Positions 9,979 through 20,103 of a stretch of DNA of 26,099 bases are shown here, piece by piece. The DNA is from Macrostomum lignano (lineage: Eukaryota). How positions within the stretch are numbered: position 1 is the stretch's first letter; each line of letters begins with the position of its first letter. Both the position numbers and the translations under genes were made by a program. The stretch covers positions 43,666 to 69,764 of the forward strand of contig NIVC01003917.1 of NCBI GenBank assembly GCA_002269645.1, written 5' to 3'. The notes beneath the pieces are model-generated. The model did no database searches. It was not told the origin of the DNA and worked only from the letters and a program-made list of their open reading frames with translations.

Positions 9979-11645
9979 AAGTCGCCAAGAAGTATCAAAG
10001 AGTCACTTTGAAGGCTGAATCGTTTAATTGTCTGCAGCTCTAGAGGGCCGTAGAGTCGTATTTTGAGTCGCTGTAGTCACGGAGTTGTGTTTGAAGCGCA
10101 TTTGCGACCCCTTGATGAATATTGAATATAGAGCCACATCTCTAGCGAAAGTTAATCGTCAACACAACGATTCCAGGAAGACTCTTTCGATTCTGCAACT
10201 TGCATGACGCGCTTGTGACCCAACAGTTGTTTTGAAAAGTCACAAGAGTCGCTAGAGTTACTACTAGAGAGTTGATTGCAATGCCTCCCTAGTGATTCTT
10301 GTTACGAAATCGTTTTCAACGGGAGGGAGGGGAATAGAGAAGGGAGAGAAGAGAGCTGAGAAGAGACAGAAACCTTGAGCAGGCTGGATTGCTATTGTAA
10401 AGTTTCAAAGGACCCGAGGGCTGGATAGAGAGGCTTCCGTCCTCTCTAGGATATGTAGAAGACATATTTCCCTACACTATGGGTGAAACAGAAATGAACT
10501 CAAGTCCAACAGATAAGAGCGACTCCACCCCGGCAGGGGGACTGTAAAATCGTTTAAGTCATTTTCCATTCATCAACAGTTCCTCCGGCGAAACAAATCC
10601 AGCCACAAGACGCGGCCCAACAGAACAGCAACAGGGGCTTCTCTTTTATTCAATTTTGTTTCTTTTGCAATATTTGCAATTTAAATAATCAATGTATCAG
10701 CATGAGAATTAAGCGACTGGGGGCAGGCTCAACACCGCTCTGCACAAGATAGGTCATTCTAATGCCAGCTTTTTTATACGCCTACTAACAGTAGTCAGTA
10801 GGGACAGGAGACGCGCTTGCTAATTTGATGCGATTCAAAATAGCATGTGAAAGCAAAAAACGAAAAAATATAGATAAACGGGGGACGAGAACAGCTAGAC
10901 ACACCAGACAGGGGCTTGATGAATAGCAGCGACAAAAAAGAACTCATTGTAATACGGGAAAAGCTAGTTAAAAAAGAGATAACAACAACAAATGGAGCAT
11001 ACGGAATCAATTGAATTGTTAACTAATTGTTTTAAAAGTGAATAAAAACTTCAATATGCCACCCGTTTGTTATGCACACAAATAAGACTGCAAATAAACA
11101 GAACAAGAAGGAAACAGCTGCAAAACTTTTGAAACTGTCAATAAAATATGATTAGATGTGTATGATTAGACAACACGTTACTCGCTAGTAGTGCGTGCAG
11201 TTTATAACAGGCTAAACGGTTATGCTTTTATTTGAAATTAGAAAAAAATTAAATTTAGCTTTAGTTATTAATTAGAAAAATAATTTAAACAATACGCGAA
11301 CAGACTACTAATCAGTAGTAAATTATTAGAACATAAAAGATGAAACAGTTTTATATTGCATACGGGGGGGGGGTGCCGAGTGCAGTTATACAATTAGGCA
11401 GTGGAACCAGCTGGGACAGCAAATCTGGGTACAGCAGAGAGGGAGGCATCGGGCTAAGGATTAGCCGCTACATTAAAACAAACAAAAGGGTTAAAAAAAA
11501 ACAAAGCTAATTGAATTAACAAACCAGCAAGAAAACTTGACAGCCCTGCCTATGTGTCTAATCTGGCCTTTGTTATAATCAAAATAGGGCAATACGCGCA
11601 GGCGTCAATAAGTTTGTCTCACGTCACCGGCATTAGCTGCTGCCC

Positions 11646-12288
11646 CTAGGCCAGCTGGGGAAAGTCGCTGTCCTGCACGTGGAAGTCCGCAGCGGCCTGG
11701 CGACCACCGCCTCGACGACCGCCGTAGCCTTCGCCGCCGCCGCCGCCGCGGCCAAATCCGCCGCCTCTGCCGCCGCCGCCGCGAGGACCGCCTCGGCCGC
11801 CGCTATCTGGACGTCCGTAGCCGCGTCCGCCGCCGCCGCGAGGGCCGCCCCTGCCACCGCCGCCGCCCCGTCCGCCCTCGGCAGCGACCGGATTCACGTA
11901 GAAATTCGTCTCAATCTGCGGCTTGCGAACAAAAGCGGCGCCAGCTGTAGCGGCGGCGGCGCCACCGGCGCCACCTTCGACGCCGTCGTTGCCGAGGTCG
12001 GTCGGCGGTCGCTCTTTCTTGTATTGGCGCATCTCGCCGAAACCCGACGCATCGACGCGTCGGACATTAGCGGCCGCGGCTGCGGCGCCAGCGCCGGACA
12101 ATTTGGCCCTGTCCTCGGCTTGCTGCCGCTTCCACTCCTCCAGGGTCATCATGGCTGGCGGGGCGGCGCCGGCCTCCGCGTTGGCCTCTTGCTGCTCCTG
12201 CTCGACGGCGTCCGCCCAGTCGTCCGCGGCGGCGGGCGCGGCAGCCGACGGTTGACCGGCAGCGGCGTCCACAGGCTCCTGCTGGCCC
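11646..12288 (-). CDS. SERBP1: SERBP1/HABP4/vig-family RNA-binding protein, last coding exon
   Basis: Acceptor ttcattgtcgcag| (phase 2, in frame with exon 12805-13906); MTLEEWK motif of HABP4_PAI-RBP1, RGG tail, C-terminal DFPQLA (human AFPALA); TAG at 11646-11648. Confidence 0.92.
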
Positions 12289-12452
12289 CTGCGACAATGA
12301 ACCCGAGCAGTGCTTTATTTGTATTTCTAATAGATCTGCCAATAACACCCACAACTGACAATGTAAAGTGAGCCTGTGGGCTACGAGGGGCGCTTTCACA
12401 AGACCTTAACTCCACGTCGCCTAAAAGTTTAGCATTCACTTTCAATAAAATC

Positions 12453-12545
12453 TAAACTTCACAAGACCTTCACTTCACAAGACCTAAACTTCACAAGACC
12501 TAAACTTCACAAGACCTAAACTTCACAAGACCTAAACTTCACAAG
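12453..12545. repeat. 16-bp minisatellite (AAACTTCACAAGACCT), about 6 copies, in SERBP1 intron 2
   Basis: Directly visible. Confidence 0.9.
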
Positions 12546-12804
12546 TCGCTAATACATATTAAGTAAAACTGGGACCTCTAACGAAAACTACCCCCATAAG
12601 GCTTGTTGAGGACTTCACGTCTGGATGAGGGACAGCCCCCCCCCACAAAAGCACAGAGAGTGTACATCTTGAGTCAGCTGACCGCTATGCACCTGAGCGT
12701 GTGCTATCGACTGTAAATATTGCATTGATTTTGGCAAGGTTCAAGGCAATGAATTTCGAGGCAAAATCCTACTAGAAGCGAACTAAAATTACTACACAAC
12801 TCAC

Positions 12805-13906
12805 TCAATATCGTCACGCACGTTGCCCCAGTTGTGTGCCCCGAAGCCCTCGCGCTTCTCGACCGGCTTCACTCCGGTGGTGGCCGAGCCCGACCGCCTG
12901 TCGTACTCTCGGCCGCGGTTGAAACCGCCGCCGCCGCCGCTGCGACCACCGAAACCTCCGCGGCCGCGTCCTCCGCCGCGGCCACCGCGCCCGCGTGGCC
13001 GTCCGCCAAACTCGGCAGGCCGACCGTCGACTTGCTCGACGGCCCCGGCATCGGCCAGAGGGGCGGACTCTACGCCAGCCTCAGTTGGCGGCGGCACCTC
13101 GTCAGCCTCCATGCCGGGCGGCGGTCCGCTGCCAAAGCCGCCGCGACCGCGACCCCCTCGGCCGCCGAATTCGCGGCCCCTCCCGTCGCCGCCTTCGCCG
13201 CCGCTGTCGAAACCGCGACCCCTGCCGCCGCCACCGCCGAATCCGCGGCCCCTACCGCCTTCGCCGCCGAATCCGCGGCCCCTGCCGCCTTCGCCGCCGA
13301 ATCCGCGGCCCCTGCCACCGCTGCCGCCGAATCCGCGGCCCCTGCCACCGCTGCCGCCTTCGCCGCCGAATCCGCGGCCCCTGCCACCGCTGCCGCCTTC
13401 GCCGCCGAATCCGCGGCCCCTGCCACCGCTGCCGCCTTCGCCGCCGAATCCGCGACCGCGGCCTCCTCCGCCAAATCCGCCGCGGCCGCCGGCGCTGGTT
13501 TCATCGGCTGCCGGCTCTGCGCTCTCACTCTCGCCCTCCTCGCCGCCCGGCCGCTGGCCGAAGCCGCCGCGGCGTCCCCGTTCGCCGCCGCCGCCTCGGC
13601 CAAAGACGCGCACACCGCGGCCGCGGCCTCCGCCATATTCGCCACCAAAGCCACCGCCGCGGTTGCCGCCCCGGCCGCCGAAGCCGCCCCGCTGCTGCTG
13701 CACACCATCAGCTGGTCCGGCAGCGTCAGCAGATAAGCCGCCGCTATCCGCAGCGCCAGCGGCGGCATCCTCTGGCCGGTTGCCCTGCGGCTGTCGGCCA
13801 CCGCGACCAAAGCCACTGCGGCCACCGCGGCCGTGAAAGCTGCCGCTGGCAGACTGCGGCGCGGCGCCCTGTTCAGCTTGGCCTTCGGCAGACCGCGGTT
13901 TTCCAC
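12805..13906 (-). CDS. SERBP1: SERBP1/HABP4-family middle coding exon (1102 nt, RGG-rich plus HABP4 core)
   Basis: Acceptor ctatctaccag| (phase 1), donor GA|gtgagt (phase 2); REYDRRSGS...GVKPVEKREGFGAHNWG matches REFDRHSGS...DKRGGSGSHNWG of SERBP1. Confidence 0.92.
13170..13480 (-). repeat. Coding tandem repeat of 30/39-bp units encoding FGG(E/S/G)GG(SGG)RGRG
   Basis: Three FGGEGGSGGRGRG units, four 10-aa units and degenerate flanking units visible in ORF 12801-13703. Confidence 0.9.
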
Positions 13907-14033
13907 CTGGTAGATAGGATAGAGCAGCGGCATAAGCAGTTGGGTAAACAGTTGGAGCAATTATATCTGTAAGTGCCTCGTCAACTAATTAGTGCTACAC
14001 ATGCTTGGGCGCAACCCACACATGTATGTCGCT

Positions 14034-14102
14034 ATTGGACAGAATAGTAGTCACGTGACTGCTCTCAGCCAATAGCGACTTACATGTGTGTGTGTTGCCA
14101 AT
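14034..14102. promoter_or_regulatory. Promoter-like motif cluster in SERBP1 intron 1: ATTGG, GTCACGTGAC, CCAAT, CCAAT
   Basis: ATTGG 14034-14038, palindromic E-box 14050-14059, CCAAT 14069-14073 and 14098-14102; function is inferred only. Confidence 0.35.
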
Positions 14103-14208
14103 AGAAACGGCCGGGTGATTCCCAAGGTTGCGCACATATGGTGCTACATAAAGTCTATAATACAAAACATTCTTGCTAGGTGCACCAATTGCCATCCTAT
14201 AAATGCTA

Positions 14209-14259
14209 GGTGAACTGAAGCAATTCAGAGTTAAGTGTCTTGCTTAAGGATACAAATTG
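14209..14259 (-). mobile_element. Isolated CORE-domain fragment of the same SINE family
   Basis: GGTGAACTGAAGCAATTCAGAGTTAAGTGTCTTGCTTAAGGATACAAATTG matches SINE copy 1 with 3 mismatches. Confidence 0.8.
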
Positions 14260-15972
14260 TAGTATTGACATAAATATAACAACCTTCAAGTTGTGATAAT
14301 ACTCTAACTTTTATACAATAATATAATATAAACAATATTATTTTAAATTACATTTTTAATTGTCTTTATGTTACATAATTAATGCTTTTTATATTATTTA
14401 TTTTTAAATATAGTGATTTACAATTAAGCAATGTCTATGACTATATTTGGTAAAACAAATAAGGAACTCCTATAATGACAAAACACTAAAAAATTAGCAA
14501 AAAATAATTTTTATAATTAGCTAACATATATAAAAGGATATTGTAAAAGTTTCCAGACTAATGTATACTATATACATTTGAACTTGATTTGGCTAAAAAC
14601 AAATTTATATTTGGTTTAACCATAGACAAAAAATTGCATAATAGTAACTGAGATCATAAGTAAGTTGTAAAATTGATAGGCCTACTTTTTGATAATTAAA
14701 AATATTTTAATACTTTTTATAATCAGCTTATTGGCTATTGCTACGATTAAATTTGTTATTGTCTTGAAGTTGAATAAGCCACAAAACTAATTGAAATACT
14801 TTTTTATCTAAATATCTAAACTTTAATATACATTCTAATTTAAACATAGAACTTTTAGGATTAATACTACTAAGTCTAAGAAATTTTGTTGATTTGTAAA
14901 TGTTGTTTTATCATTGTTTTATCATAACTATATTTTATTATATGGCTTTGTTATATTTGTATCACACTCTGGATTATGTAGTGCATATGCCCAAAAATTT
15001 GGTTGTGCATTGGCCTTGTATACCAAAATTAGGTATGCACAATTGGCATGCATCACTCTTAAGAAAATAGTATATGTGCACACCTGGTAGAAAAAATGAA
15101 AAAAAAAGTTTATTTTTAAGCATAAATTTCAAGGTTTCTAGTTTTTTCAAGCTATAAACTCACACAAATATACAGATTTATAATAGATTTAAACAAACAT
15201 TTGCATGTATCAATTTCACACCATAAATAGAATCGCCAAAAAGCATAAAAATCAACCAAATAATCTACTAATAGGGGTATATTATGCAATTTAAAAAAGG
15301 TCATTTATTGTCGCAACATTGGTATATTTTTCAAAATGGGCATGCACTATTTTTTGACATGCATTTTCAATTATTCAAATTTTATTCAGGCATGCACCTA
15401 GCATGATCCAAACTATGGTATTTGGCTATTTGCACTGATTTGTTGCGATTTTGGTTTGCCTTTTTTAATCATAGGCTAAGCCCTATATTTCAATATATTG
15501 TGTTAGGCCTATAACTTTAAAAAGAAAGTTATTATCAATAGTAAAGGTTTATTTCATAAAATTGATGCAAAATGTAGTTTTATAAGACAAAATAATGCCA
15601 TAAAAACTAGATAGAATTGTTTAAGTAAGCTTAAACCTAAAGTCATCTAAATCTAAATGCATAATGATATTGTCAATAATCTATAATTTATTTGTTGCTA
15701 GAAATCAACTACTATTGTCTATCAAATAGAAATACTTGATAATACATTTATTGGCTTCTTAATATTGGTTGACAAATAGACTTAGTAGGTGTAATATTTC
15801 TACTATAATTAAAAAGGTCCAACAATATATTTTTGATAATTGCTAAAAATACTCATAGTACATTGGTCTATTGCTATACTAGTTTAAAATAAAGTCTCAA
15901 TGTCTCCAAATTGGCTAAGTTTATTAATGTATAAAACATTAAATATTTAACTTAGCTGACTAATAAACATAC

Positions 15973-16240
15973 CTTCATGTTGATCTTTCTTATGCCTTCT
16001 TTGCTGCCGATTCCCATCAGCTGGAGCTGACTCTGGCTTCTGTTCTACTTTTTTTTCTGTCTTAGAATTGGTTGCATTCTTCTCATTTTTGTCCTTTTTT
16101 GTCTTTTGCTTTGTCTTTTCTACCTTCTGTGCCTGTTTTTCGATTTTGCTGAGTAGTACCTCAGGGTCTTCGTCATGATCAATTAAGAAGCCATATTTGT
16201 TCCCAGTGGAAATACTATAATTGCTTTCGATGGCTGTCAT
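15973..16240 (-). CDS. SERBP1: SERBP1/HABP4-family first coding exon
   Basis: MTAIESNYSISTGNKYGFLIDHDEDPEVLL resembles the family N-terminus (NRFDQLFDDESDPFEVL), followed by a Lys-rich tract; donor G|gtatgt phase 1. The three exons sum to 2013 nt = 670 aa + stop. Confidence 0.88.
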
Positions 16241-17102
16241 TCTAAACAGTATGCAAAGATACGGCTTACTGGAGCAAAGAATCTAAGAATTCGCAATAGT
16301 AAAAGTAGGCCTAGAGCCTAAATCTATGACGATATGTCAATGTTTCGTACTAGAATCTAAGAAGTGTCAATAATTCGACGGATCGTGCCATTAAGTCAAG
16401 ACAAAAAGAGAAAGTTAATGACAATTTTCTAGAGAAAGGAATTTTGACTGAACTGATTTGTTGAAATAGGATTTTAAGGTAAAGGTAAAATACTCAATGG
16501 CGTTTGTAACACTGCTGAGTTTTTGGAGTTAAAAAAATTTCTGTTTCTGCCGCCGAGGTTTCAAGGTTTCTTTTCAATTAGGTTTCATTTTTAACAAATG
16601 TTTGCGAAACATTAAAGCCATATTAGACAGGAAAATTAAAGTGAGTTATATTTTGAATTGTTTTTTTTAAAAAGCGGTGAATTTTTAATTTTTTGCAGAA
16701 AACCAGCACGATAAAAAAATAAATTTTTAGCTTTACACTTCAGCGCTGACCATACCAACATCCCACATCTGCCGCAACTAAGTTACATCTTTTTTGACCT
16801 AGGAAAGTCCAAACTGTAGCAAACACACTTCTATGTTTCTCGAATTTTCCACTTCTAGGAAAAGACACAACTGCGAAACAAACATCAACTATGTACCAAG
16901 GTAATTGACGTGTCAATTAATAATAAATTAAATATTCTTTTGAGTATACTTGTGTAAATTTACTTGCCATACTGATTATAAACTTGTTGCAAATACTACA
17001 TGAAATCCTGAATATGGGACAGCACATATTCTTAAACGTTGGTATACATACATACATGTATCAACTTGAATTATCTAGACACATGTAGGTATAACATAAC
17101 AT

Positions 17103-17372
17103 TTAGGCAGTTACTAGCCAATACGCCACTCCCGGGGAGCCAAAGTAGGCATGCTGGCTCAAGTGGTTAGCAACTATTGACGTCGACAACTTAAAAGTGT
17201 CTGCAGTCGCAGACCTCGCTGGTAGGACCAGCTTGCAGCTAGTGTGATTTCTCAGTGTGGAGAGCACCCCGCTGGCCGAGATCATGTCAACGCCGATGTG
17301 CTCACAAATACAGTGGCCCTTGTGTGCCCATGCAGTCTGAACTCTCGATTTTAGGCAGATCATCGTGATTGC
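17103..17372 (-). CDS. Candidate coding exon of an unidentified gene
   Basis: GC-elevated island fully spanned by one open frame (89 codons) from a possible acceptor aacgttag| to TAA; no recognised domain. Confidence 0.25.
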   Translation of the reverse strand, partial: AITMICLKSRVQTAWAHKGHCICEHIGVDMISASGVLSTLRNHTSCKLVLPARSATADTFKLSTSIVANHLSQHAYFGSPGVAYWLVTA

Positions 17373-17585
17373 CTAACGTTCAGCAAAATTCCTGTTTTTC
17401 AACAAGAGCTCCAGAGGACGGCAGGACGCCAAGAATGATAATAAAAATTCATAGACATAAACGAATACTGAGTCCAGCTGAGCGCGTACATGTATAATTT
17501 ACGTATACAGTATGTACATGTAGGATATAAAATTAGCACAGAATCCTAATTTTAAGAACAAAAAAGCTCTACGACTATCAATAGA

Positions 17586-18002
17586 CAGGGCGTCGCCAAC
17601 GGGGGGGGGACAAGGGGACTGGACATGTCCCCCCACCCCACCTTGTGACCCGTTATGGAAATCAATAATTTTGCTGCAGGGCGACAAACATAGTGCCTAC
17701 GGCGCTAAAAAAAGTGCTTGCGGCGCCAAAATGAATGCCTGCGGCGCCAAAATAAGTGCTTGCGGCGCCAAAATGAATGCCTGCGGCGCCAAAATAAGTG
17801 CTTGCGGCACCAAAATGAGTGCCTGCGGCGCCAAAATAAGTGCTTGCGGCGCCAAAATGAGTGCCTAGCCTGTAGCGTTAAAATGAGTGCTGACTACACC
17901 GATTCTGAAACTAATGTACATGTAGTAGGAATTTAGTCATGTACATGATATATGTAGAATTCTTGGCTCCCCCCCACCAAAAAATCCATGGCGACGCCCC
18001 TG
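17586..18002. mobile_element. MITE with CAGGG(G)CGTCGCCA terminal inverted repeats (hAT-like), carrying an internal minisatellite
   Basis: CAGGGCGTCGCCA 17586-17598 versus TGGCGACGCCCCTG 17989-18002; G-run/C-run subterminal blocks; 8-bp flanks TCAATAGA / AATATAGA match only 5 of 8. Confidence 0.7.
17692..17866. repeat. 21-bp minisatellite (AAAATGAATGCCTGCGGCGCC), about 8 copies, inside the MITE
   Basis: Explains the ACGAKMN/ACGAKIS 7-aa repeat of ORF 17671-17868. Confidence 0.93.
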
Positions 18003-18216
18003 AATATAGAGCAGTAACTTAAGAAAGGCAGTCATATCAAAATATGAACACAACATCGGATCTGCTTGCTATCGAAATTAATTACAAATTTTGAGCCAAA
18101 AATAAAAAACCTCCTTAGTTCTACGTACATGTGTAATGTATTCGTATTTTTTTCGTTGAAACCTGCCTCCTAAAACTTTCCAAGAAACGTACTTTCCCGT
18201 CCTTCATCCACTTCAG

Positions 18217-18390
18217 TATCCTTGCAACCAGTTCGTAGTGACTTCTGCATGTGGTTTCTCAGACATCACCAGTGAGTCGGAACTGGGAGCCAAAGTTTCC
18301 TATCATGCGCTTGTTGACGTTGACGAAGCCTATATAGCCAGCATGGGGCGAGACCAGCGCATCCTTTGCCGTACACATATCGACGCCTGA
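18217..18390 (+). CDS. Candidate terminal coding exon of an unidentified gene (YPCNQFVV...ALVDVDEAYIASMGRDQRILCRTHIDA*)
   Basis: Polypyrimidine tract ttcccgtccttcatccacttcag|, 57 open codons with many G-start codons, then TGA; the mirror minus frame is also largely open, so the strand is uncertain. Confidence 0.3.
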   Translation, partial: YPCNQFVVTSACGFSDITSESELGAKVSYHALVDVDEAYIASMGRDQRILCRTHIDA

Positions 18391-18445
18391 ATGCTTAAGA
18401 TGAACTGTTTGTGAACCTTCATTTCATCAAGATTACGATGTCTGC

Positions 18446-18565
18446 CTGTAATAAGTCTGTAATAAGTCTGTAATAAGTCTGTAATAAGTCTGTAATAAAT
18501 CTGTAATAACTCTGTAATAATTCTGTAATACGTCTGTTTAAGTCTGTAATAAGTCTGTAATAACT
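18446..18565. repeat. 11-bp minisatellite (CTGTAATAAGT), about 11 copies
   Basis: Directly visible. Confidence 0.93.
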
Positions 18566-18730
18566 AGCTCAATCAAAATCCCCACGCCGATGTCAATTAT
18601 AATTTTTTTTTCACGCATAATCCTCACTGGCTGTATCCTGTCACAGCAAAAATGTATAATTATAATAAGAGGTATGCTTAGCCCATGTCTCAGGAAAATT
18701 CTGCGACCATATCCTATTTTAATATTACGT

Positions 18731-19006
18731 CACCTGCCCTAATGGGCAGATGTGCAACCGACAGCTCAGCCGCAGCTATTGCTCGGCGCATCTGAAGGCT
18801 GCGTACGGCTGTTCAGTCCAAGGGCTGGGGGATCACCACACACCCTCAATTACCCCAGCTAATGCTGGCACCCATTTTACAGCTGGGTGAACTGAAGCAA
18901 TGCAGAGTTAAGTGACTTGCTCAATTACACAAGTTGTTTCTAGTGGGTCGAGAATCGAACCCCCGACCTTTCAGACGTTGGTCTGACGCTCTAACCACTA
19001 GACAGC
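18731..19006 (-). mobile_element. tRNA-derived CORE-SINE, copy 2
   Basis: Head GCTGTCTAGTGGTTAGAGC...GGTTCGATTCTCGACCC (A and B boxes), CORE-like domain, roughly 90-95% identical to 8615-8893 by eye. Confidence 0.85.
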
Positions 19007-19196
19007 AAATCCCTACAGCAAACAAAATGAAGTAAGAATGGCTGGATATTCTCTATTCTGCTCAGATTGTAGCAGAAATGTAGCAAATAATTAAATTTCC
19101 TTGTAAAACCTGGCATTTACAGAACTTAAAGATTTATAACGAGTCAACGACTTATTGTGTAACACGAGCATGAATTTGACATTGGCATCATGAATC

Positions 19197-19482
19197 GGGT
19201 CCATGAGAATTGCCCGCAGACGAATTGCCCGCTGAGTTTTTTCCCGCCGAGGTTTGCCCGCAATGCTTTTTTTCTGCTAATGCTTAGTAAGTCTAAATAA
19301 AGAGATTTTACACGATCAAAACGTGCATATCAAATTCATATTTTTGGGGGGAGGCAATGCAGACAGAATCTAAGCTTCCAAATGCGCTGCATGAAAAAAG
19401 CATTGCGGGCAAATCTCGGCGGGAAAAGCTCGACGGGCAAATCTCCCGCGGGCAAATTTCGGCGGGCATTTCTCGTGCTCCC
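19197..19482. mobile_element. Mutator/MULE-like foldback MITE, 286 bp, perfect 9-bp TSD
   Basis: TCATGAATC at 19188-19196 and 19483-19491; imperfect inverted arms of about 80-95 bp starting GGG, built from TTGCCCGC / GCGGGCAA subrepeats. Confidence 0.85.
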
Positions 19483-19782
19483 TCATGAATCAATGTGTTA
19501 CTACAAAGCTCCCAATAGCCTTTCTTTTGTATTTTGTCGAATAGAAGAAAGTAGTATGCGGTACCCAAATACTCAATGTGGACGTTGAGCACTAAAGCTT
19601 GGAGAAAAGTCGAACAAAATCTTGGAAAAAAGAACCCTGGGGCAAGGCAGCGCGAGTTAAATGCAATTCAAGTAAGTGGGGGAGAGAAAAATTTCTGCGA
19701 TTGGTTGATTCCACTGACTGACCCTGCAACAGTTGCGAAATAAAAAGCATTTTGAGTTGTCTCTCGATCAGACCAAGCTTTT

Positions 19783-19852
19783 ATGAGAGACACCCACGAC
19801 GGGGCCAAGGCTGAAGAGACGACAATCCAACTAGTTTGAAAGCTATCAAGAG
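19783..19852 (+). other. Probable 3' part of an upstream non-coding exon of the MFS gene, containing an 18-codon uORF
   Basis: Strong donor AAGAG|gtaaga at 19852/19853; ATG 19783 to TGA 19839; matching acceptor caatcatag| at 25571 just before the MFS ATG. The true exon start is not visible. Confidence 0.35.
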
Positions 19853-20079
19853 GTAAGAACTCTGTGTACTTGCGCTTCAGTAGGAAGGAACCGGTCTATT
19901 AAATTTTCCCTCCGAAGATTGCCCACATTTGCATTTCATCCACATTATAAATTTACATGTATTTACGAGCATGAAAGTCAAATCAGAGGATCAGAAGTTC
20001 TTTATACGAGGTCTTCAAATTTAATCTTTTAATTTCTCATTTTTACAAGCAACGGGTTTGAGAGGATTTCTGGGCTTGG

Positions 20080-20103
20080 GATCACGTGATCAATAGGACC
20101 AAT
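20080..20103. promoter_or_regulatory. 12-bp palindrome GATCACGTGATC (CLEAR/E-box core) plus CCAAT
   Basis: Palindrome 20080-20091, CCAAT 20099-20103; function is inferred only. Confidence 0.3.

Noticed and set aside
10020-10270. Possible DNA-transposon end with recurring GAGTCG motifs
   Set aside because: No paired terminal inverted repeat or TSD could be identified.
11633-13972. Pro-, Ala- and Arg-rich ORFs on + and in shifted - frames (up to 337 aa)
   Set aside because: Shadow frames of the very GC-rich SERBP1 exons; only one frame has family motifs and phase-consistent splice sites.
16242-16269. 28-nt GT-AG intron in the SERBP1 5' UTR
   Set aside because: Too short compared with the smallest supported intron here (70 nt).
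17300-18400. Enzyme motifs in the candidate exons (HxGVD as in M23 peptidases, GNHD as in metallophosphoesterases)
   Set aside because: Four- to five-residue matches in uncertain frames without the remaining catalytic motifs.
18935-19006. tRNA gene (also 8830-8893)
   Set aside because: A and B boxes are present but I find no complete cloverleaf, and the sequence continues into a shared SINE body.
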